A DNA stretch of 64,000 nt. Source: Candidatus Spongiihabitans sp. Its GTDB lineage: Bacteria > Pseudomonadota > Gammaproteobacteria > Arenicellales > Poriferihabitantaceae. Location of the stretch: assembly GCF_965237845.1 (NCBI RefSeq), contig NZ_OZ250154.1, forward strand, positions 259,121 through 323,120, given 5' to 3'. Position numbers and translations under genes: made by a program. Below the pieces are notes generated by a model, which saw only the letters and a list, made by a program, of their open reading frames with translations, was not told where the DNA came from and made no database searches. Of the stretch, positions 48,572 to 55,966 are shown one piece after another; within the stretch, counting starts at the first letter, position 1; each line of letters opens with the position of its first letter.

Positions 48572-50029
48572 ATGAATAGCAACCAACCTTACGAAACACT
48601 TGACCCGGAAGATTGGGAAAAAATGAGGGCGCTGGCCCACCAAATGGTGAATGATGCCATCGATTATTTAGAATCAGTGAGCGACAGACCGGTTTGGCAA
48701 CGGGTTCCGACAGAGATAGCGCAGACTTTTCACGCCGCGCTTCCCGAAAAGCCGTCTGATCCGTCCGAGATTTACCAGGAATTTTTGACCAATATCTTTC
48801 CTTATCCCATGGGAAATATTCACCCCCGGTTCTGGGCCTGGTATATGGGAAACGGCACCGTCATGGGCGCCCTTGCTGATTTAATGGCATCCACTATGAA
48901 TTCGAATATGGGGGGCGGAAACCATTCTGCCGCTATGGTGGAAACCCAGGTTACCAACTGGATGAAGCAAGTCGTGGAATTTCCCGATGACTCGAGCGGA
49001 CTGCTGGTTAGCGGTGGATCAATGGCGAACCTGGTGGGGATAACCGTGGCACGAAATGTTGTTGCCGGCTTTGATGTGAGAAAACACGGCGTGCAGGCGA
49101 TCGACAAAAAGCTGACCGTATACGCCTCAACTGAAGTTCACAGCAGTAATCAGAAAGCCGTGGAATTGCTCGGCTTGGGTCACGATTGTTTTAGAAAAAT
49201 TGGAGTATGCGATGATTACACCATCAATCTTGAGCAATTGAACAACGCCATTACCGAAGATACACGATTGGGCTGCCAGCCGATTTGTGTAATCGCATCA
49301 TCCGGCACCGTCAATACCGGCGCCATAGACGATCTTAACCGTATCGCGGATATATGCAGCCAACATAATATATGGTTTCATGTGGATGGCGCCATTGGCG
49401 CGACGGCGATGCTGTCTGAAACGGTCAAACCGTATTTATCCGGGATCGAACGGGCCGATTCCATCGCCATGGATTTGCATAAGTGGATGCATATCCCGTT
49501 TGAAGCTGGATGCGTGTTGGTACGCGATGCAAAAGCCCATCGAGACACATTTTCACTGGTGCCGGAATACCTTGAGCCTGCCACGCGCGGCATTGCTTCG
49601 GGGCCCTATTGGTTTTCAGAATACGGGTTGCAATTAAGCAGATCCTTTCGCGCACTAAAAATCTGGATGACGATAAAAGAGCACGGCACTGAAAAACTCG
49701 GTCGGATGATTTCAAGAAACGTGGAGCAGGCACAATATCTCGGCACGCTGATTGAAAAGTCTGTGCATTTGCAACTGATTGCCCCGATTGGTCTTGATAT
49801 CGTTTGCTATCGCTATAATCCCGGCGCAATGGAGCAGGAAGGACTGAATAAACTTAATCGCGAGATATTGGTGGAGCTACAGGAGCAAGGCATTGCCGCG
49901 CCGTCCTATACCACCCTGAATGGCGTTTACTGCATTCGGGTCGCCATCGCCAACCACCGCAGTCGCTTTGAAGACTTTGATGTTCTGGCAGCAGAGACGA
50001 TTCGAATCGGGCAATCCATAACCAATTGA
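48572..50029 (+). CDS. PLP-dependent group II amino acid decarboxylase
   Basis: 485 aa with the PLP-lysine motif SIAMDLHKWMHIP and an aspartate aminotransferase fold-type layout. Confidence 0.8.
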   Translation: MNSNQPYETLDPEDWEKMRALAHQMVNDAIDYLESVSDRPVWQRVPTEIAQTFHAALPEKPSDPSEIYQEFLTNIFPYPMGNIHPRFWAWYMGNGTVMGALADLMASTMNSNMGGGNHSAAMVETQVTNWMKQVVEFPDDSSGLLVSGGSMANLVGITVARNVVAGFDVRKHGVQAIDKKLTVYASTEVHSSNQKAVELLGLGHDCFRKIGVCDDYTINLEQLNNAITEDTRLGCQPICVIASSGTVNTGAIDDLNRIADICSQHNIWFHVDGAIGATAMLSETVKPYLSGIERADSIAMDLHKWMHIPFEAGCVLVRDAKAHRDTFSLVPEYLEPATRGIASGPYWFSEYGLQLSRSFRALKIWMTIKEHGTEKLGRMISRNVEQAQYLGTLIEKSVHLQLIAPIGLDIVCYRYNPGAMEQEGLNKLNREILVELQEQGIAAPSYTTLNGVYCIRVAIANHRSRFEDFDVLAAETIRIGQSITN

Positions 50030-50041
50030 AATTGGTGGAAA

Positions 50042-50066
50042 CCGGGGTATCGAGTAAATACCCCGG
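50042..50066. terminator. Hairpin between convergent genes (likely terminator, better for the minus-strand gene)
   Basis: ccggggtat-cgagtaa-ataccccgg forms a perfect 9-bp stem. On the minus strand it is followed by TTTCC, and on the plus strand by AAAATT. Confidence 0.5.
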
Positions 50067-50088
50067 AAAATTGAGGGTCGCCTCTGGA

Positions 50089-50937
50089 TTAGTATTTACT
50101 GCGTAATTTTGCGCGTGGTGTCGAGCCGTAGATATAATTTCTTTCTTCCAACTGCAAGGCTTGTTTGCGAGCTTCCGCCAATTCATCTCCATTGAGATAG
50201 ACCAGTTTGACCAATTCCAACACCTCTTTGTTGGGGTCATCCCCCTTCCAATCGACATAGACATTGCCTACGCCCTTTGCGTAATATTTGAGTTGAAAGG
50301 CGCCGGGTTCCTCGTAATTGAATTCCTCGGTCACCAGCACGTTTTTGTAACTTCCCATGGCAACCTGAATTTCTTGCCCGGTTAGAATTACGCGGGCGCG
50401 GTCGGTCCAATAAAAAGGCGCGGGCGCATAACCTTGCGAATAGCCGGGCGTGTTGGATTGCGGATTCGCCGGCATCATAATGCCCGCCTTTGCCTCCTTC
50501 AAATGGCCGACAAGCCAGGCTCGCCCGCCGACAAGCTCGATGCCGTTTTCTTCATACAGTTCACGGTATTGGCCCAAGTGCCAAACATTCCCCTTTTTAT
50601 CTTGCGCAAAAAATGCGAGTTCCGATTCTTGCAGGATTCCCTCTTTGAAGTCTCTGTCCCAAACGACAACGGTTGAAATGCCGTCAATCTCCTTGACCAA
50701 ATCGGTGACGGTAAAAATGATACTGTGTTCTTCTTTTTTACCATCCTCAATCGTATAGCCCTGATAATGGAGCTGCTTCCCGGGCGGCAGGGGCCACCAT
50801 TCATTATCAATCCGGTTTGAATTTTCATCGAAATCGGCGTGTCTGAAGTCTTCAAAAGCCTCTCTTTCGGAATCATCCTGAGCGCCAAGATTGCCGGCAA
50901 AGAAGCAAAGACAAAGTAGAGCAACAGCGCATTTCAT
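50089..50937 (-). CDS. Secreted hypothetical protein
   Basis: It has the signal peptide MKCAVALLCLCFFAGNLGA and no recognisable domain. The ORF-track start at 50982 is 15 codons upstream. Confidence 0.5.
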   Translation of the reverse strand: MKCAVALLCLCFFAGNLGAQDDSEREAFEDFRHADFDENSNRIDNEWWPLPPGKQLHYQGYTIEDGKKEEHSIIFTVTDLVKEIDGISTVVVWDRDFKEGILQESELAFFAQDKKGNVWHLGQYRELYEENGIELVGGRAWLVGHLKEAKAGIMMPANPQSNTPGYSQGYAPAPFYWTDRARVILTGQEIQVAMGSYKNVLVTEEFNYEEPGAFQLKYYAKGVGNVYVDWKGDDPNKEVLELVKLVYLNGDELAEARKQALQLEERNYIYGSTPRAKLRSKY

Positions 50938-51205
50938 AATTTTCTCCTGATAAAACAAGTATATGCGTGGGAGTATAGCCACATGTTCATTGAATGGAAA
51001 TGCATCGGGGCATCCCCAAAGTAGAAGCCTCTCGGTTGTAGCGGTGCGGTTCGCCTGCGACGGTATTTAGTCCGGTTGCGGTAAATTGGCTGACATTACG
51101 AAATAGTAACATGAAATTAGTTTATTGGTTCTAGCGCATTAGATATATAATTATCCGTCCCGACGAATTATAATTATAACATTTATATAATAAGAGGACA
51201 GTAAC

Positions 51206-51862
51206 ATGACTTTAAGAATTAATGATCAAGCGCCGGACTTCACCGCCAATACCACGCAAGGCGAAATTAGTTTTCATGACTGGCTGGGGGATGGTTGGGG
51301 GATTCTTTTTTCCCATCCCAAGGATTTCACCCCGGTATGCACCACCGAATTGGGCTATGTCGCCAAACTAAAACCGGAATTTGAAAAACGTAATTGCAAG
51401 GTTATTGGCTTGAGTATCGACCCGGTTGACGATCACTCGGCATGGGCTAAAGACATCGAGGAAACCCAGGGGCATGCGGTCAACTTTCCGATGATCGGCG
51501 ATACTGATCTCAATGTTGCAAAGCGCTATAACATGTTTCCTGCGGACGAGAGCGGGACGTCGGAAGGGCGCACCGCCATGACCAATGCCACGGTGCGCAC
51601 GGTCTATGTCGTCGGCCCCGATAAAAATATCAAGTTAATGATGACTTACCCGATGACCACCGGCCGCAATTTTGATGAAATTTTGCGTGTCATTGATTCC
51701 ATGCAACTAACCGCCGCGCATAAAGTGGCAACCCCGGTGAACTGGAAACAGGGCGATGATGTGATTATCGTGCCGGCGGTTTCCGATGAACAGGCCAAAG
51801 AGAAATATCCCGACGGCTGGAAGACCGTGAAGCCGTATCTGCGCTTAGTCAAACAGCCGTAG
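51206..51862 (+). CDS. Peroxiredoxin (1-Cys/Prx6-type)
   Basis: 218 aa with the peroxidatic Cys motif PKDFTPVCTTELG. Confidence 0.85.
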   Translation: MTLRINDQAPDFTANTTQGEISFHDWLGDGWGILFSHPKDFTPVCTTELGYVAKLKPEFEKRNCKVIGLSIDPVDDHSAWAKDIEETQGHAVNFPMIGDTDLNVAKRYNMFPADESGTSEGRTAMTNATVRTVYVVGPDKNIKLMMTYPMTTGRNFDEILRVIDSMQLTAAHKVATPVNWKQGDDVIIVPAVSDEQAKEKYPDGWKTVKPYLRLVKQP

Positions 51863-51951
51863 GCGACTCTTCAGCGACGCGTTCGCAAATTATGCTTGCC
51901 TGAAATCAAGCACAGTCCGGCAATTCGGCAGTTCGTTTATTTGCTGCCAGA

Positions 51952-52509
51952 CTATTTTCCTGACCATTTTATCGAACAACCAATGCTGGGGATTTGCTCC
52001 AGAGGCCCCTTGCCGGTTTGTGCGATGCGCTTCATGGCTTCGTACAATTCCCGACGGGCGCCCAGTTTCGGCGGTTTTTTCCCGCTTTCATCCAGCCGTC
52101 CGCGGTATTGCAGTTGAAGGTCGGCGTTGTAGCCAAAAAAATCCGGCGTGCAAATCGCGCCATAACCTTCCGCGATTTTCTGGTCGGTATCGATCAGATA
52201 TGGAAATGTAAAATTATGCTTGTCGGATATGCGCTTCATGTTGTCAAAAGAGTCTTCAGGGTAATCGTCAGGATCGTTTGACATAATCGCCACGCTTTTT
52301 ATGCCGTGCTTCTCAAGGCCACTGACATCGCCAACGATTCTATCGATAACGGCTTTGACATAAGGGCAATGATTACAGATAAACATTACCAGCAATCCGT
52401 TTTCCCCGACGCAATCATTCAGCCCCCAGGTTTTCCCATCAATACCTTGCAAACTAAAATCCACAGCAGGTAATCCAAACTCACATACGGGTGTTTCAAG
52501 CGCCGCCAT
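51952..52509 (-). CDS. Thioredoxin-fold thiol-disulfide oxidoreductase (AhpC/TSA-like)
   Basis: 185 aa with the CxxC motif FICNHCPYV. Confidence 0.7.
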   Translation of the reverse strand: MAALETPVCEFGLPAVDFSLQGIDGKTWGLNDCVGENGLLVMFICNHCPYVKAVIDRIVGDVSGLEKHGIKSVAIMSNDPDDYPEDSFDNMKRISDKHNFTFPYLIDTDQKIAEGYGAICTPDFFGYNADLQLQYRGRLDESGKKPPKLGARRELYEAMKRIAQTGKGPLEQIPSIGCSIKWSGK

Positions 52510-52629
52510 TTTTCGCCGCCATTGTTGGGTAATTTGAAATCATTATTTGAATAGTAACCTAAAATCGTTACACCGTCATTCTTGAAATGCCACAGAAGTA
52601 GATCTTGCCGTGGGCTGAATTAATCATGA

Positions 52630-52650
52630 ACCCGGTCCTACCGGGTTTTC
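52630..52650 (+). terminator. Orphan terminator-like hairpin at the left edge of island 2
   Basis: acccggt-cct-accgggt is followed by TTTC. No plus-strand gene lies upstream of it. Confidence 0.3.
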
Positions 52651-52737
52651 ATCTGATTGGCAAAGTTCTTTAGTTTTACGGAAAATGTGTAAAAAACAGG
52701 GAGAAACGACTTGGTAAATCTGGGTATAAGTTAATAA

Positions 52738-53065
52738 TTACAGATTATCTTTACTTCCTATATCCCCGATGTAAAGGATACATTGCTGAAAGAGCAAATA
52801 CTGCTTGTTGAAAAAATAACGGCTGCAGTAAAGCGTGGAGATTGGATGATATACCAGGCGTCCGGCGGGACGACAACTACTATGGAAAGTATCGCGCTGG
52901 CGCTTACGGCGCCACACCGGATATTGCATGGTGAAACCCAAGCTTTTCGCACGTCATACTGTGTTGCTGGTTGGCGAGGGCAAAACCGAATGTGCATTTC
53001 TCAAGCATCTGAAATCGTTGTATATCTCTCGTGGCTGTGGTGTAGCGGTCAAAATCATTGTATAA
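52738..53065 (+). pseudogene. Remnants of an RloA/RloB (AbiL-like) module: ATPase C-terminal fragment plus RloB-like N-terminal fragment
   Basis: One frame, open from 52738, reads LQIIFTSYIPDVKDTLLKEQILLVEK, which resembles the ABC/AAA21 H-loop region (QxIxTTHSP...). A second frame (ATG 52928 to TAA 53063-53065, 45 codons) reads HTVLLVGEGKTECAFLKHLKSLY. This matches the RloB/Toprim-like N-terminal motif (ILIVCEGEKTEPNYF) and then stops ~150 codons early. Confidence 0.35.
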
Positions 53066-53225
53066 GTTCAGAAACATGCACGCGACAGGGGGCAAAAGAA
53101 GTGCAATATGAGTGAACCCGGACACTGGGCTGTGATTGCCCTCTATCCATGCTACACCTAAAGTAGGTATAATGACCACTAAAATAGTATAAACGACCAC
53201 ACTATAACCAACTGGAGAATCTCAA

Positions 53226-53426
53226 ATGACTAAAACACACCACATTTCCGACCGCGAGAAAAAGTTCGCTGCCATGCTTGAGGATGCGCTATCTCGTCCT
53301 GGGGTACGTGAAGTTATGCAGGTCTATCAATGGTGGCAGAAACAAGACCAGGCACTTGATTCTTATCGCTCAGCAACGAAAGAAATTCCGCATATCCTTA
53401 CATCAGACCGCGCGAACATTTCTTAA
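53226..53426 (+). CDS. 66-aa helical protein, unknown family
   Basis: GGAGA lies upstream of the ATG and a TATAAT hexamer sits at 53168-53173. It is 11 nt from the protease gene, so the two are probably co-transcribed. Confidence 0.5.
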   Translation: MTKTHHISDREKKFAAMLEDALSRPGVREVMQVYQWWQKQDQALDSYRSATKEIPHILTSDRANIS

Positions 53427-53437
53427 ACGGTTTTACC

Positions 53438-54415
53438 ATGCCCATTTGGAGTGAGATTCTCGCTGAGCTTGAAGGTAGCCGCCAGCAGGGTGTACCGGAC
53501 TTTTTTGATGGAGTTCGGCGCAAGTATCTCCTTCAACTCTACCGACATACTGGGCGCAATGTCATTTTGTACGCTTCGGGATGGCAACAAAAGAGCGAAG
53601 CACCGGGAGCGGCTATGTTGATTGGCGACGAGGATATTCACGCGCTGATGGAGGTGACTCATGGTCTACAAGGTTCTAATCTTGATTTGATATTGCATAG
53701 CCCTGGCGGTTCCCCCGAAGCGGCCGAGGCGATCGTTTCTTATTTGCGGTCACGCTTTTCTCATATTCGCGTAATTGTTCCCAATCTTGCCATGTCAGCG
53801 GCGACGATGATTTCATGTGCTGCTGATGAAATTGTGCTCGGTAAACATTCTTTCCTCGGACCGACCGATCCGCAAATTCTGCTCTTGACCTCACTGGGCG
53901 CGCGCTTGGTTCCGGCTCAAGCAGTCTTGGACCAGTTTGATAAGGCACAAAAAGAATGTGCTGACCCAGGCAAACTATCGACGTGGTTGCCGATGCTAAG
54001 CCAATATGGCCCCGACTTGCTGGTGAGATGTGAAGTGGCTCTGGCCATGTCCAAAGAATTGGTAAAGACATGGCTGGAAGCGTATATGTTCAATGCGGAG
54101 GAAGACGGACAACAGAAAGCCGAAGCGATTTCAAAGTGGTTTGCCAAACACCAGAATTTCAAGAGTCATAGTCGACATATATCACGCGATGATCTTGAGG
54201 ATCAAGGGTTGGTGGTAACTCGATTGGAAAATGATGAAAAATTACAGGATGCAAGCCTTTCTGTGTTTCATGCAACAACCCATACGTTTACCGGCACCCC
54301 CGCCGTTAAAATTGTCGAAAATCAAACCGGTCGCGCATTTATCAAACACCATGCTCCTCCTCAAATGCCCCCCGGGTTTCAGATTGATCTAATGCCAAAT
54401 CAACCCCCCGTCTGA
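53438..54415 (+). CDS. SDH-family ClpP/SppA-fold serine protease
   Basis: 325 aa. LILHSPGGS and NLAMSAATMISCAADE (catalytic Ser context) plus the N-terminal RRKYLLQLYRHTGRNVILYASGW are typical of the serine dehydrogenase proteinase family as I remember it. Confidence 0.7.
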   Translation: MPIWSEILAELEGSRQQGVPDFFDGVRRKYLLQLYRHTGRNVILYASGWQQKSEAPGAAMLIGDEDIHALMEVTHGLQGSNLDLILHSPGGSPEAAEAIVSYLRSRFSHIRVIVPNLAMSAATMISCAADEIVLGKHSFLGPTDPQILLLTSLGARLVPAQAVLDQFDKAQKECADPGKLSTWLPMLSQYGPDLLVRCEVALAMSKELVKTWLEAYMFNAEEDGQQKAEAISKWFAKHQNFKSHSRHISRDDLEDQGLVVTRLENDEKLQDASLSVFHATTHTFTGTPAVKIVENQTGRAFIKHHAPPQMPPGFQIDLMPNQPPV

Positions 54416-54516
54416 AACCGCGGTATCCAGAGTTAGAAAATTTCGTGGTAAGCCTCAGGCCAGACATGGGGCAGCCGATTGGCCGGTGGTTATTCGCTTG
54501 CTTCATCAATTTCCTG

Positions 54517-54665
54517 CATCAATCACTCGGTTTCCACTAAGGCGACAATGATTTTTTGGGAGTGGATGATGTCGTGGTGGTTCAAGGCGCGGCCTTTGCG
54601 GTCTTTTAGCCATTTTTGGGCCGGTTGGTAGCCGCCGATGAAGAAATGCCAGGCGATTTCGGGGA
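54517..54665. repeat. 149-nt direct repeat, copy A (partner at 56003..56151)
   Basis: My hand alignment to 56003-56151 is ungapped with about 21 mismatches over 149 nt (about 86% identity). Confidence 0.85.
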
Positions 54666-54840
54666 CATCCTTTGCCCGACGGACGCCATCGTCGCGCCCT
54701 GGCAACTCGACGCCACCCCCCTGGTAACTGTTCGCCTGGGATGAGCGAGACTTCGCACACTTCACCGAAGGCTCTGCAATCCGCCGTATCGGACATACCC
54801 GTTGACTGCGAAACCTCGCCGTCGCCCTCGGCAACGCACC
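54523..54840 (-). pseudogene. Frameshifted 3' remnant of a type ISP/IIG-like methyltransferase-nuclease gene
   Basis: The last ~47 codons (VPEIAWHFFIGGYQPAQKWLKDRKGRALNHHDIIHSQKIIVALVETE) parallel the C-terminus of the 1067-aa enzyme. Upstream, the sensible reading (GEVCEVSLIPGEQLPGG) is in another frame across a G6 run near 54705. Nothing corresponds to the N-terminal ~950 residues. Confidence 0.65.
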
Positions 54841-55053
54841 TTCAAACGAAGCGGTCATCTCGGCTCTGCGCAACCGGTCAAGCCACCCTTCCGAGTTGGT
54901 ACGAGAGCATGTGGATTGGGTGCTGGGGGCGCATTTTAGGAGATGAAAAATAGTAGAAAAATCAAATGGTTGATATAGATTTTCAAGCGGCACAAAAAAT
55001 TTCACTTTTTGGTATACTTACCCTACCAACCACACCACACAGAGGAGACAATC

Positions 55054-55263
55054 ATGAAAACCACCCACAAAACAAAACCCCTTACAATTCACATAGGGAA
55101 AACAGGCGGCGTTCAAGTCAATGCGGATGAGTTTTTCGCGCAACCCGAAGTGCAAAAACGGCAGCAAGTGATGCGAGAACTGAACATCGCAGGAAAAAGA
55201 CTGAATGGCAACAAACTTGAGCCATTGAATACACCCTCCGAGAAAACACCAAACAATTCTTAA
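55054..55263 (+). CDS. 69-aa hydrophilic protein, unknown family
   Basis: GGAGA lies 6 nt upstream of ATG 55054; the ORF-track start at 55009 is less likely. Its stop is 3 nt before the next ORF. Confidence 0.5.
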   Translation: MKTTHKTKPLTIHIGKTGGVQVNADEFFAQPEVQKRQQVMRELNIAGKRLNGNKLEPLNTPSEKTPNNS

Positions 55264-55266
55264 TCA

Positions 55267-55926
55267 ATGTCTTCACTAACAAATGGATTTGTATTAGGAA
55301 CTCTCTCCATATTGGCATGCGGCTACATTATTTACGATGCGCCGATTTGCCGTTTGTGGCTGTCCAAATCCACCGGCTATGTTTTGTATTTTCGCATTAT
55401 CGTCACCGGCTTTTCTCTGGTGCTCGCCCTGACCGTATTGTTATACGCGCCGGCTTTCCGCGGTCTTACCTTATTTGATGTTGAGATCGTCCCAGAACAT
55501 GCGCCGGTACTGGCATTTACCATTGCGCTTGCCTTCCGGTCGTTCTTTGCCATAGGAACTCGACTTTGTGGGGGACGCAGGTGTAAATATAAACTGGACT
55601 TGAGAAATCTTAATGAAAACGGGCTGGCTCAAATCGTTTATGAAAGGATCCATGCAAAAAAAATGATTATGGTCACATTGGAGAATAATAAAGTCTATGC
55701 AGGTTGGCCACTTGAGGCGCCCAACAATGAAGAGCGTAAATGGTTGCGTCTCGTCCCGGAATGGAGCGGTTATCGAGATAAGCAAGCGAGAATTAACGTT
55801 GAAACAGACTATTCATCGGTCTTTAATATGTCACCATCCGAGCGGGATCATATGCTGATTTCCGCGGACAAAATTGTCACCGTGCAGCCTTTTGATGTGG
55901 AAGTTTTTCAGAGATTTAATCTGTAA
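55267..55926 (+). CDS. Membrane protein with three N-terminal TM helices and a ~100-aa C-terminal soluble domain (DUF6338-like?)
   Basis: 219 aa with hydrophobic segments at about residues 8-27, 35-60 and 78-100. The C-terminal part MIMVTLENNKVYAGWPLEAPNNEERKWLRLVPEW...LISADKIVTVQPFD looks like a small beta-rich domain. The family guess is from memory only. Confidence 0.55.
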   Translation: MSSLTNGFVLGTLSILACGYIIYDAPICRLWLSKSTGYVLYFRIIVTGFSLVLALTVLLYAPAFRGLTLFDVEIVPEHAPVLAFTIALAFRSFFAIGTRLCGGRRCKYKLDLRNLNENGLAQIVYERIHAKKMIMVTLENNKVYAGWPLEAPNNEERKWLRLVPEWSGYRDKQARINVETDYSSVFNMSPSERDHMLISADKIVTVQPFDVEVFQRFNL

Positions 55927-55966
55927 TCCACGCCCCCGGTCGCGCCTAATACCGCCTCCGGTGCCA

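Noticed and set aside
52783-53115. 110-aa ORF from the track spanning the left part of island 2
   Set aside because: Its first part looks like an ATPase C-terminal fragment, and its second part is out of frame with the much more protein-like RloB-type reading (52928..53065). It is better explained as read-through across pseudogene fragments.
54672-54953. Plus-strand 93-aa ORF and minus-strand 96-aa and 160-aa ORFs over the remnant region taken as intact genes
   Set aside because: Only the last ~47 codons of the minus strand resemble a real protein. The upstream parts are Arg/Pro-rich and need a frameshift to stay sensible. The region is called a pseudogene instead.
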